The position numbers and the translations under genes are program-made. A stretch of 64,000 bases of DNA, from the NCBI GenBank assembly GCA_031418035.1, contig JANOWU010000287.1, positions 11,583 to 75,582 on the forward strand, given 5' to 3'. This DNA is from Acidimicrobiia bacterium (GTDB lineage Bacteria > Actinomycetota > Acidimicrobiia > Acidimicrobiales > JANYDT01). The notes under the pieces are model-generated. The model saw only the letters and a list, made by a program, of their open reading frames with translations, did not search any database and was not told where the DNA came from. Below are positions 27,311 through 36,281 of this stretch, piece after piece. How positions within the stretch are numbered: the stretch's first letter is position 1; each line of letters starts with the position of its first letter.

Positions 27311-28645
27311 CTAGCGAACCGATTTGCTCGACGAATTTGGTCGCGCGCGAACGACTCGCTGAGCTCGCGTCCCCCGTGCCTCGGGCGTACGGCCTGACTT
27401 GTAACGCGGCTCAATCGATCCTGGGACGATCGAGTACCGAGAGATGTTCACAAGGATGCCGAAGGCGACACCGAGAACGACGAACGACGAACCTCCCGAC
27501 GAGACGAACGGCATCGGCACGCCTGTGACCGGAACGGTACCGAGGACCGTTCCCATGTTGAAGACCGCTTGCGAGAGAATCCACGTGGTGACACCGGCGG
27601 CCACCAGAGATCCGAATCGGTCACGAGCGTTGTTCACCACGCTGAAGCCAACAACGGCGATAGCCGCAAAAAGGCAGAGCACCAATGTGGCTCCGACGAA
27701 TCCGACCTCTTCGCCGATGATTGCGAACACGAAATCGGTGTGAGCGTTGGGGACCCAACCCCACTTCGAACGACTGGCACCAATGCCAATTCCGAAGAGC
27801 TTTCCTGTTGCGAAGCCCAGCTTCGATTGCGTCACGTGCCAGCCAAGACCCGTCGGATCGTGCTCAGGGTTGAAGAACGTCGTCACTCGGTCGCGGCGGT
27901 ACTGCGCAGACATCGCCCAGATCGAGAGGGCCGTGAGCCCCACCAGAATGCCCGGTACGAGCCGATGTATCGGAAACCCGCCAACCACGACGATCGCAGC
28001 AAAAGAGAAGATGATCACCGCAGCCGTTCCGAGATCGGGTTGCAGCATCACCGGCCCGGCCGCGAGGAGACACATGGGAAGCAGCGTGCGCCACATGAAC
28101 CGTTTCGAACGCATTACCCGAATCGTGTTCTTATGGGTGAATACCATCGCGAACATGAGCACTGCGCCCAACTTCAAGAATTCCGAAGGTTGGACGAGGA
28201 CAGACCCGAAACCGACCCAGCGTCGCGATCCGTTCTTCTCGACTCCCCCGAATGCCGCGAAGGTACTGGCCAACGCGGACGCACCGAACACGAACGGCCC
28301 CAGCCCCCACCACACTCGATAGGGAACCACGCTCGAAACGGCCAGAGCCACAAGGCCGCAGACCACGAAGAAGAGTTGCCGATTGAATACTGTCCAACTA
28401 CTGCCGTTGGCGTGTAACGAGGTGACCGACGATGCTGACGCGACGAAGGTTAACCCCACGATCGTGAGCAGAATCGCAACGCCCAAAAGAACGAACGACG
28501 ATGTGGTCCATCGCGATTTTCCGATCCGGACAACCCTCGTTCGTCCGAGCAGGCGAAGACGCGCCGATGCCGGTGATCGCCGAGGTGCGCCCTGGCTCGA
28601 AGAACCTTTTCCGCGGTCAGCGGAAGGTCCGAAAACAAGTGCCAT
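27311..28645 (-). CDS. ftsW: SEDS-family FtsW (peptidoglycan glycosyltransferase / lipid II flippase candidate)
   Basis: About 10 TM helices and the SEDS signature QSKLGFATGKLFGIGIGASRSKWGWVPNAHTDFVFAIIGEEVGFVG. The start ATG at 28645 shares one nucleotide with the mraY TAA stop. Confidence 0.9.
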   Translation of the reverse strand: MALVFGPSADRGKGSSSQGAPRRSPASARLRLLGRTRVVRIGKSRWTTSSFVLLGVAILLTIVGLTFVASASSVTSLHANGSSWTVFNRQLFFVVCGLVALAVSSVVPYRVWWGLGPFVFGASALASTFAAFGGVEKNGSRRWVGFGSVLVQPSEFLKLGAVLMFAMVFTHKNTIRVMRSKRFMWRTLLPMCLLAAGPVMLQPDLGTAAVIIFSFAAIVVVGGFPIHRLVPGILVGLTALSIWAMSAQYRRDRVTTFFNPEHDPTGLGWHVTQSKLGFATGKLFGIGIGASRSKWGWVPNAHTDFVFAIIGEEVGFVGATLVLCLFAAIAVVGFSVVNNARDRFGSLVAAGVTTWILSQAVFNMGTVLGTVPVTGVPMPFVSSGGSSFVVLGVAFGILVNISRYSIVPGSIEPRYKSGRTPEARGTRAQRVVRARPNSSSKSVR

Positions 28646-29682
28646 TAGTCAATGCCTCCGATTGCAAGAAAGTCCGCATAGAAGATCCCCAAACCGACCG
28701 ACGCGGCGATCATGGCGATAATCCAGAATCTGATGATGACGGTCGTCTCGGGCCAGCCACCCAGTTCGAAATGGTGATGAAAGGGAGCCATCCGGAACAA
28801 GCGACGCTTCCCCATGAGACGAAACGTGAAGATCTGGATCATCACCGAAATGGTTTCGAGTACGAAGAGCCCTCCGACGATCGGGAGGAGCAGTGGCGTG
28901 GACGTGATCATGGCCATAGCACCAAAGGCGGTCCCGATGGCCAGCGACCCGACGTCGCCCATGAAAATACGAGCGGGCGCGGCGTTCCACCAGAGAAACC
29001 CGGCGCACGCCCCGACCATCGAAGCCGCGATGACGCTGACATCGAGCGCCTGCTCGACCTGATAGATCTTCGCGTGACGGAACATCCAAAACGCCATGAC
29101 CGTGTACGCCGAGAAGGCGTACATCGACGTTCCCGCCGCTAGCCCGTCCATGCCGTCCGTGAGATTCACGGCGTTGGAAAATCCGATCAGGATGAAGATC
29201 GTAAAGAGCACCCAGACCAAGGCCGGAACCTTCCAGCCGGGGCTCGAGAATCTTGTGAAGCCGATGGTCATCGGCACGTTCGCCCATGTGACTGCGAAGT
29301 AGGAGAAACCAATCGCCACCAGGAACTGGCCAGTGGCCTTCGCCCGTTTGTTCAACCCGAGGCTGCGCTTACGGGTGACCTTGATCCAGTCGTCGGCCAG
29401 TCCAACGAGTGCAGCTCCGAAGAACGCTCCGACGATGAGAATGCCGCCGCGTGTGTAGTCGAGACCCGTCACATAGTGTGGAACCACGTACCCAAAGATT
29501 GCCGCCATCACGATGGCGATTCCGCCCATCGTCGGTGTACCCTTCTTCTTCTGCTGGTTCTCATGGAGATCCTTGCGAATGGGTTGACCGATTCCCTTCG
29601 AAGCAAGCCACCGAACCAAGACGGGCATTCCTAACAGGGACGTAAGCATACTTACGACAGCGGCAACCAGGAGGGATGTCAT
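28645..29682 (-). CDS. mraY: Phospho-N-acetylmuramoyl-pentapeptide transferase
   Basis: KKGTPTMGG, GLADDWIKV and NAVNLTDGMDGLAAG. I set the start at ATG 29682, an ATGA overlap with the murF stop. Confidence 0.95.
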   Translation of the reverse strand: MTSLLVAAVVSMLTSLLGMPVLVRWLASKGIGQPIRKDLHENQQKKKGTPTMGGIAIVMAAIFGYVVPHYVTGLDYTRGGILIVGAFFGAALVGLADDWIKVTRKRSLGLNKRAKATGQFLVAIGFSYFAVTWANVPMTIGFTRFSSPGWKVPALVWVLFTIFILIGFSNAVNLTDGMDGLAAGTSMYAFSAYTVMAFWMFRHAKIYQVEQALDVSVIAASMVGACAGFLWWNAAPARIFMGDVGSLAIGTAFGAMAMITSTPLLLPIVGGLFVLETISVMIQIFTFRLMGKRRLFRMAPFHHHFELGGWPETTVIIRFWIIAMIAASVGLGIFYADFLAIGGID

Positions 29683-31025
29683 CGTGAGCCTTCGAGAAGT
29701 TGATGAACGAGGCGTTCCAGTGCAGCTACACGTGAACCCTTCACAAGAACGGCATCGTGTGGGCCGATCGCCAACTCTGTACACATATCGACTGCCGCAT
29801 CGATATCCTCCAGAACCGTTGTGCCGTAGCTCAGCTCGCCAATGGCGAAGATGTGGTCGACGCCACGAGCGAGGCCGTAGCTTGCAACTTCCCTGTGGAG
29901 CGACTCACGTTCTGGTCCAAGTTCGGCCATCGGCCCAAGGAAGGCAATCCGTCGACGAGCGGGCATCTGCACCAGTGCATCAAGGGCCGCGCGCATGGAG
30001 ACAGGATTGGCGTTGTAGGTGTCGTTGAGAAGTCTGGAACCTGTCGGCAAGGTGACGAGTTCCATTCGCATCGGGGAAAGGTCCGAAGTGGCCAACCCCT
30101 CGACGATCTCGTGCTGGGTCGCGCCCACCGACAGGGTTGCGGCGATCGCCGCCAGGGCGTTCTCCACCTGATGTCCTCCCCGGGCCCCCAACGAAACCTC
30201 AAACCGGTCTCCATCGACGTGTGCGATGAACGTCGCCCGCAGTTCAGCGTCGACCTCGATATCGGTCGCGTACACGCTGGCCTCAGGATTGCCGCTGGCC
30301 GAGAACGAGGTGATGGGACTTACTGCGAACGTTGCCATGCGCGCATATAGATCAGAATCGAGGTTCAACACGGCGACACCGTCCTGTGGCAGTGACGCAA
30401 TGAGCTCGCTCTTGGAGTCTGCGATGACTTCGCGACTTCCGAACATCTCCAGGTGGGCCGTCCCGATATTGGTGATGACGCCGACACTCGGGCGGGCTAG
30501 TTGGCAAAGCGATTGAATGTGGCGCGGCCCGCGCGCTCCCATTTCGACGACGCCCGCCCAGGTGTTGTCAGGCGCATTGGTCAACGTGAGCGGAACACCG
30601 AGTTCGTTGTTGAATGACTTCACGCTGACCATTGCGTCGCCGCGTGTGCGCAGGATTGCCCCGATGAGGTCTTTGGTGGACGTCTTGCCGACCGACCCGG
30701 TCACGCCAACGATTCGATCCGGAAGCCGAGTGCGGGCGAGTTTGCTCAGCTCCTGAAGAGCTCGGGTCGTGTCGGCAACGACGATCGCTCGCTCGTCGTC
30801 GTCGTCGCCGGTGTGACCTTCCCCAACGAGCCAAGCCGTCGCGCCGTTGGCCCGTGCCGCGTCGATGAATGCATGACCGTCGCGCTCGGCGACGATCGGG
30901 ACGAAGAGTTGGCCGGGCAAGGTGTCGCGAGAGTCGATCGATACCCCACTGATTTCGATGTCTCGCGACGTGGAGGCGACGCGCCCCTGCACGTGATCGG
31001 CGATCTCGGCCACGGTGAACCTCAT
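29679..31025 (-). CDS. murF: UDP-N-acetylmuramoyl-tripeptide--D-alanyl-D-alanine ligase
   Basis: VTGSVGKTSTKDL P-loop and NDTYNANPVSM. I set the start at ATG 31025, an ATGA overlap with the murE stop. Confidence 0.95.
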   Translation of the reverse strand: MRFTVAEIADHVQGRVASTSRDIEISGVSIDSRDTLPGQLFVPIVAERDGHAFIDAARANGATAWLVGEGHTGDDDDERAIVVADTTRALQELSKLARTRLPDRIVGVTGSVGKTSTKDLIGAILRTRGDAMVSVKSFNNELGVPLTLTNAPDNTWAGVVEMGARGPRHIQSLCQLARPSVGVITNIGTAHLEMFGSREVIADSKSELIASLPQDGVAVLNLDSDLYARMATFAVSPITSFSASGNPEASVYATDIEVDAELRATFIAHVDGDRFEVSLGARGGHQVENALAAIAATLSVGATQHEIVEGLATSDLSPMRMELVTLPTGSRLLNDTYNANPVSMRAALDALVQMPARRRIAFLGPMAELGPERESLHREVASYGLARGVDHIFAIGELSYGTTVLEDIDAAVDMCTELAIGPHDAVLVKGSRVAALERLVHQLLEGSR

Positions 31026-32473
31026 GCGGCCCATCCTTGACTCCGCAGGATTTCTCGGGCGACGTCGCGATCATCGAACGGTGTCACCGTGCCGAGGGAT
31101 TCCTGCCCCTGTTCGTGGCCCTTTCCGGCGATGACGACGACGTCACCGCTCACGGCCGCGGACAAGGCTGACTCGATTGCTCGATAGCGGTCCACGATCA
31201 CACGAACGTTTTCGCGGCCGGAGACTCCGGCAAGCATCTCATCGAGAATGGACTGTGGGGATTCCGACCTCGTGTTGTCGGAGGTGAAGATGGCGAGGTC
31301 GCTCAGCCGTGCGCCGATCTCCCCCATGACGGGACGTTTCGTTCGATCGCGATCTCCTCCGCAGCCGAACACACTGATGAGACGTCCGCTACCCACCGTT
31401 TCACGAGCGGCCGCGAGCACACGCTCCAATCCATCCGGGGTGTGGGCGAAATCGACGTAGACGGCGAAGGGCTGGCCAGCGTCGACTGGCTCGAAACGCC
31501 CCGGCACCCGTACGGCGGCGATCCCGTTGATGATGGGGGACCAATCCAACCCGAGGACACGAGCAACCGCCGTCGCTTCGAGTGCGTTCATCACGTTGAA
31601 GGCCCCGGCAATTGGAACCTCGAACCGATGACCCTGCCAGGTGAACGTCGAACCACGCGGGCCGAGGACCAAGTCATCGACCGCACTCAACGAAATCTGC
31701 TCCGTGGGGATTTCGGCGCCATCAGCGAGAAGTCGTCCGTATCGGTCATCGCCGTTGACGAACGCCCGCTCGGAGTACTCGCTGGTGAACAACTTCGCCT
31801 TCGAACGAAAGTAGGCCTCAATGGTGCCGTGAAAATCGAGATGATCCTGGGAGAGGTTCGTAAAGACGGCGACCGCAAAGTGCAAGCCTCGTACGCGAAA
31901 GAGATCAAGTGCGTGCGACGTCACTTCCATGACGACGAACTCACATCCGGCGTCGCGCAGTTCGCCAAGACGCTCTTGGATATCCGTAGCTTCAGGCGTG
32001 GTGCGTTTCTGCGTAAGCGTGCCGATGACCTCAACGGACCGGCCGGCCGCGCGAAGAATCGATTCCAGGGTGTGCGCCGTCGTCGTCTTTCCGTTTGTTC
32101 CGGTGATACCGATGAGCGTGAGCGCGTCGCCCGGGAACCCGAAGACCGATGCTGCGAATCGACCCATTTCGGCGCGGGTGTTCTCCACGACGATCTGTAC
32201 AACGCCGTCCACACCATCGACGACGTGGTCGACCAGCAATGCCGAGGCACCTCGTTCGACTGCTTCTTTCGCGAAGTCATGCCCGTTGCTCGACGAACCA
32301 CGTACACAGACGAACAGGGTTTGCGGTCCCACGTGCATGGAACTGTGCGTGATGGCCCGTACCGCGAGCGAGTCGTCTCCAACCACGGAGCGGACGACGT
32401 TTCCAAAACGCGATTCGACTCGCGCCACAATCTCGGCGACCGTGCAGGGTGCCACGGGGTCGACCCCGGTCAT
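31022..32473 (-). CDS. murE: UDP-N-acetylmuramoyl-L-alanyl-D-glutamate--diamino acid ligase
   Basis: ITGTNGKTTTAH P-loop and DFAHTPDGLE. The substrate-selectivity motif reads DNTR, where the consensus for meso-DAP enzymes is DNPR. ATGA overlap with the ftsI stop. Confidence 0.95.
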   Translation of the reverse strand: MTGVDPVAPCTVAEIVARVESRFGNVVRSVVGDDSLAVRAITHSSMHVGPQTLFVCVRGSSSNGHDFAKEAVERGASALLVDHVVDGVDGVVQIVVENTRAEMGRFAASVFGFPGDALTLIGITGTNGKTTTAHTLESILRAAGRSVEVIGTLTQKRTTPEATDIQERLGELRDAGCEFVVMEVTSHALDLFRVRGLHFAVAVFTNLSQDHLDFHGTIEAYFRSKAKLFTSEYSERAFVNGDDRYGRLLADGAEIPTEQISLSAVDDLVLGPRGSTFTWQGHRFEVPIAGAFNVMNALEATAVARVLGLDWSPIINGIAAVRVPGRFEPVDAGQPFAVYVDFAHTPDGLERVLAAARETVGSGRLISVFGCGGDRDRTKRPVMGEIGARLSDLAIFTSDNTRSESPQSILDEMLAGVSGRENVRVIVDRYRAIESALSAAVSGDVVVIAGKGHEQGQESLGTVTPFDDRDVAREILRSQGWAA

Positions 32474-35223
32474 GATTCGACAACCGTGGCCGGAGGTCGG
32501 GCGACGGCAACGACGCCGCTCTCCGGACGCGCTACTTCAGTGGACGACTCCGGTGTGGGGGCGACTTCGGCGCGAGGCGTGGCGTCGGGTTCCTCGGCGA
32601 CCGGGGTCGACACAGAAGTTCGGCGACGGTTCGATCTTGCGGTGTCACGCGGCTTCTCGTCGCCGGACGACGAAGCCGTGACACCGCCATCCTTGTTGGA
32701 CTTCTTCGTCGGTGCCTGCGACTCAGCCGTTGACGCCGCACTCTTCTTGTCTTTTCCACTGTTCCCCGCCACCCGGGCTTCGAATTCAGCGGCAGAACCG
32801 GGCGGCGGACGATCCACGCCATCGTGGCTCGTGGCCCCGGGAGCGAGTGTCATTCGTGTAGATACGGCACGGGGACGGTCCTGGCGGTCATATGCGCGCG
32901 AACTGAGATCGGGGATGCCGTGAATGATCGGTATGATGTACTGCGAGCCCGGTACCACCGTCGGGGCGATCGTAGGAGCCACCGCGTTGACGCCGTCACC
33001 GGTCTGTGATGGCGTGCTCTGTACAGCGACTTGGCCGACGATGATCTTTCCCGTTGTCGGGTCGATTATTGCTACACGCTGGGGCAGCGTTGACGGCGTA
33101 GTTCCCGTCGCCGGTACCTCCGAGGCCGCGTCTCCCAACATACGTACGGACCCGATTGCCGCCTGAGCGGCCTCATAAGGTGTGGCGGGCGCGAGCGTGA
33201 GCGCACCTCCTCGCAGCACTGCTCGTTGATAGGCCAGCGACCGGTCGCTTTTTGGCTGTTCGGGTCGCGTCTGTGCTCGAAGTCCGGGACTCGGCTCGAC
33301 CCGCCGATACGCGGCAGCCATTCGCGCGATCTCGGAGAACAGCGGAGCGGCGACGTACGATCCATAGATCGAGGTTTTCGGTTCATCGAGAACGACAATT
33401 GCGCTCAGCACCGGACGTTCCGCCGGGAAGAACCCGGCAAAACTGGCGACATACTTCGTCTTCGAGTAGCCACCGGTTTCGTCCGGCTTCTGGGCCGTGC
33501 CGGTCTTTCCAGCGACGGTGTAGCCGTCGAAGGCTGCAGCCTTTCCCGTTCCGTTGCGAACGACGTCGGCGAGCATCGAGGTCAGCGATTGTGCGGTCTG
33601 CGCCGAGACAACGCGGCGCGGTGTCACGTCGGCGATCTCGCGTGTTCGCCCCTGTGCGTCGGTGGTGGCGCGCAGCAAGCGCAGCGGCACTCGAAGGCCA
33701 CCGTTAGCGACGGTGTTGTAGACCTCGAGCATCTGCGCCGGCGTAGTTGCAATACCCTGGCCGATCGAGATCGTTCCGATTGACGTGCCTGACCACTTCG
33801 CAGGTTTCGGAAGGATTCCAGTCGACTCGCCGGGAAAGTCAACTGATGTTTTCGATCCGAGACCGAACGAACGAAGATATGCGTTCAAACGATCGCGACC
33901 GAGGATTTTCGCGATCTTGATCGTTCCGATGTTCGACGACTTGACCAGGATTTCGCCCGGAGTCCACGACATGGTCGGGTGGTTCTCATCGTCTTTGAAT
34001 TTCTTGTCCCACATCTGGAGTCGGTCCGGAACAACAATCCGCGAGGACGGGCTCACGACGTCTTCCTCGAGCGCCGCAGCAATCGTGACCGCCTTGCCCA
34101 CGCTGCCCAGTTCGTAGGAGCACACGAACGCACAGTTGCGACCCGTGTTGACGATGTTGCCGTCCGCGCCAACGGTCATGTTCACCACGGAGAGAAGTTC
34201 ACCGGTGCGGACGTCAGAAATCATGACGATGCCGGTCTGCGCACCGGTCAGCTTGATCGCTTCGGCGAGGATTCCCTCAGCACCGTATTGCAAGGATCGA
34301 TCGATCGTCAGTTGGTACGAGACACCGCGCTTTGCGGGACGCACGATGCCCGGTGACGTTGGGATCTGTCCGCCCTTCAGGTCGCGCTCGACCTTCATCT
34401 CGCCTTCGTTTCCGTGAAGCAGTGAATCGAACTTGAGTTCCAGACCGGAGACGCCAACCTGATCTGAGCGACGTACCGAACCGAGCAGGCTCCTGGCCAA
34501 ATCCCCGGCCGGGTACACGCGGCGGGGTTCCTCTTCGACGGCGATGCCATCGAGGCGACCGGGCCCATGGCGAAACGCGTTCGCTTTCGCTTCGTCGAGC
34601 CCACGGGCCACAATCGAATACCGCCCGGGTCGGTCGAGACGCTTCTGGATCACTGCAGCATCGACGCCAAGACGCGTACCGATCGTCTTCGCATGCGATT
34701 CGACCGTCTTGCTGGCGGCAATCACCATCGGATCAGCGACCAGCCGCCACTCTCGCACGGAGATTGCGAGTGGGATGCCGGATCGGTCGACCAAATCTCC
34801 GCGCTCGGCCGCGACACGGGTGGCGCGGATTCGCTGCCGACTCACGCGATCAGCCGCCGAATCAGGATTACGAAGTTGCAGCGAAGCCATCTGGCCGAAC
34901 ACCACGAGGAACAGCACGATCCATCCGATGGTCATGACGCGCAACCGACGGGCGTTCGTCACGAACCATGGTGCGGCACCGGATCCACCACTGGGTCGCG
35001 AGGCCCGCACTGGCTTCGCGGTAGGCGCGGCAGCGCTTCGACGAGCCGTTGCACTGCGTGGCGCCGGGTGAAGGCCCGAAGCTAGCGGTGGTTTCGCCGC
35101 TATCCGTCGGACGTGATCGGCCGGTCGACGCGGCGGACGAAGGGCTTTGCGCAAAGCCTGCTCAGGTGCAGTTGCTCCTGAGCCCCTCGCGATCCGGGGT
35201 CGGCGGGACTTCGACATCGTCAT
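32470..35223 (-). CDS. ftsI: Class B penicillin-binding protein (FtsI-type transpeptidase) with a ~280-aa C-terminal low-complexity extension
   Basis: N-terminal TM helix and dimerisation domain. Transpeptidase motifs are SVGK (SxxK), SSN (SxN) and KTGT. The sequence after ...AAYRRVEPSPG is Pro/Thr/Ser/Ala-rich. ATGA overlap with the ftsL stop. Confidence 0.9.
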   Translation of the reverse strand: MTMSKSRRPRIARGSGATAPEQALRKALRPPRRPADHVRRIAAKPPLASGLHPAPRSATARRSAAAPTAKPVRASRPSGGSGAAPWFVTNARRLRVMTIGWIVLFLVVFGQMASLQLRNPDSAADRVSRQRIRATRVAAERGDLVDRSGIPLAISVREWRLVADPMVIAASKTVESHAKTIGTRLGVDAAVIQKRLDRPGRYSIVARGLDEAKANAFRHGPGRLDGIAVEEEPRRVYPAGDLARSLLGSVRRSDQVGVSGLELKFDSLLHGNEGEMKVERDLKGGQIPTSPGIVRPAKRGVSYQLTIDRSLQYGAEGILAEAIKLTGAQTGIVMISDVRTGELLSVVNMTVGADGNIVNTGRNCAFVCSYELGSVGKAVTIAAALEEDVVSPSSRIVVPDRLQMWDKKFKDDENHPTMSWTPGEILVKSSNIGTIKIAKILGRDRLNAYLRSFGLGSKTSVDFPGESTGILPKPAKWSGTSIGTISIGQGIATTPAQMLEVYNTVANGGLRVPLRLLRATTDAQGRTREIADVTPRRVVSAQTAQSLTSMLADVVRNGTGKAAAFDGYTVAGKTGTAQKPDETGGYSKTKYVASFAGFFPAERPVLSAIVVLDEPKTSIYGSYVAAPLFSEIARMAAAYRRVEPSPGLRAQTRPEQPKSDRSLAYQRAVLRGGALTLAPATPYEAAQAAIGSVRMLGDAASEVPATGTTPSTLPQRVAIIDPTTGKIIVGQVAVQSTPSQTGDGVNAVAPTIAPTVVPGSQYIIPIIHGIPDLSSRAYDRQDRPRAVSTRMTLAPGATSHDGVDRPPPGSAAEFEARVAGNSGKDKKSAASTAESQAPTKKSNKDGGVTASSSGDEKPRDTARSNRRRTSVSTPVAEEPDATPRAEVAPTPESSTEVARPESGVVAVARPPATVVES

Positions 35224-36281
35224 CGTGTGATCGAAGTCGAATCAACGAGTGCATAATCGACGAGTTCGGATGAAACCAGCCCAAGTTCGTTCGCTGCGTT
35301 GATGATGCGCGCGGGCGCTTCGAGTTCGGCAACCTCGACACGAAGACGTTGGTTCGTACGCTCCTGGTCACCCACATCGATTCGAAGTTTGTCGAGAACG
35401 AGTTGGTTCTTCGCCAGATCGGCGTGAAGGACGATCGCCGATACGGCGCCCCCGAGTACCAACGCAATCGCGAAAAGCGTGGTGCTCGGACGCGAAAGAA
35501 GTCGGCGCCGCACTTGTCGTGGCGGTCTCGCGACGCGAAGATCCGCTTGGACCTTCGCCTTCTTTGGTTTTGATATGCGCGAATATGATTGCGTCTGCGG
35601 CTGTGGCGCCAAAGCCGTGGCACCCACGACTTCAGGACCGAGGACTTCGGGAGCAACGACGCCGAGCCGACGCGCTCCGTGCTGGGCGAGTCGTTGACCT
35701 GCGGTACCCGAGGAGAGCGTGCGCGCCGATTGCCCCACACGACCGCTACGTTCCAGCTTCGCCGAACGTGATCCTTGCTTGGGTGAGGGACTCTGCTGGC
35801 TCGGTGCTTGCCGACTCGACGAAGGACTCTGCTGGCTGGGTGCTTGCCGACTCGGTGCCTGCTCTGAGCCCCGGGGATACATGGCCACGACGTTCGACCG
35901 CGACGGCTGGTCGGTGCGATTCGAGCGACCTGAAGAATTCTGGTTTGCGCCCGTCTGGCGCGGCGACTGCCCCGCGCGTGACGATCCCTCCAAACTCCCG
36001 GCGGTGGGATGGGCCGATCGCGATCGTTGCGTCGCTGCGGCATGACCATTCGCGGTCTGGCGCACCACACTCGTTTCCGCGACCGCGACGGTTCCCCACC
36101 GTCGAGTCGTCCGATTCGGATTCGCGATGACCATCGGCGAGGCGACGGCGGAAACCGAGGATCGATTCGTTGCCGCGGTGAGTGACTCACTACGACGTGA
36201 CGCGTTTGCTGCAAATGCAACCGCTCGCTCAGCGCCTCGCGATTGTTGGGACGGACGCAACTGGGTAGAACGAACGCTCAT
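35220..36281 (-). CDS. ftsL: FtsL-like septum-formation protein with a ~250-aa disordered N-terminal extension
   Basis: The C-terminal ~95 aa consist of a TM helix (TLFAIALVLGGAVSAIVL) and a coiled coil (KNQLVLDKLRIDVGDQERTNQRLRVEVAELEAPARIINAANELGLV), as in actinobacterial FtsL. Both ends sit in ATGA overlaps (36278..36281 and 35220..35223), which selects this frame over ORF 35162..36220. Confidence 0.6.
   Translation of the reverse strand: MSVRSTQLRPSQQSRGAERAVAFAANASRRSESLTAATNRSSVSAVASPMVIANPNRTTRRWGTVAVAETSVVRQTANGHAAATQRSRSAHPTAGSLEGSSRAGQSPRQTGANQNSSGRSNRTDQPSRSNVVAMYPRGSEQAPSRQAPSQQSPSSSRQAPSQQSPSPKQGSRSAKLERSGRVGQSARTLSSGTAGQRLAQHGARRLGVVAPEVLGPEVVGATALAPQPQTQSYSRISKPKKAKVQADLRVARPPRQVRRRLLSRPSTTLFAIALVLGGAVSAIVLHADLAKNQLVLDKLRIDVGDQERTNQRLRVEVAELEAPARIINAANELGLVSSELVDYALVDSTSITR

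Noticed and set aside
35162-36220. 352-aa alternative minus-strand frame over the ftsL region
   Set aside because: It is Arg-rich with no TM helix or coiled coil. Its ends do not coincide with the ATGA junctions that bracket the 35220..36281 frame.
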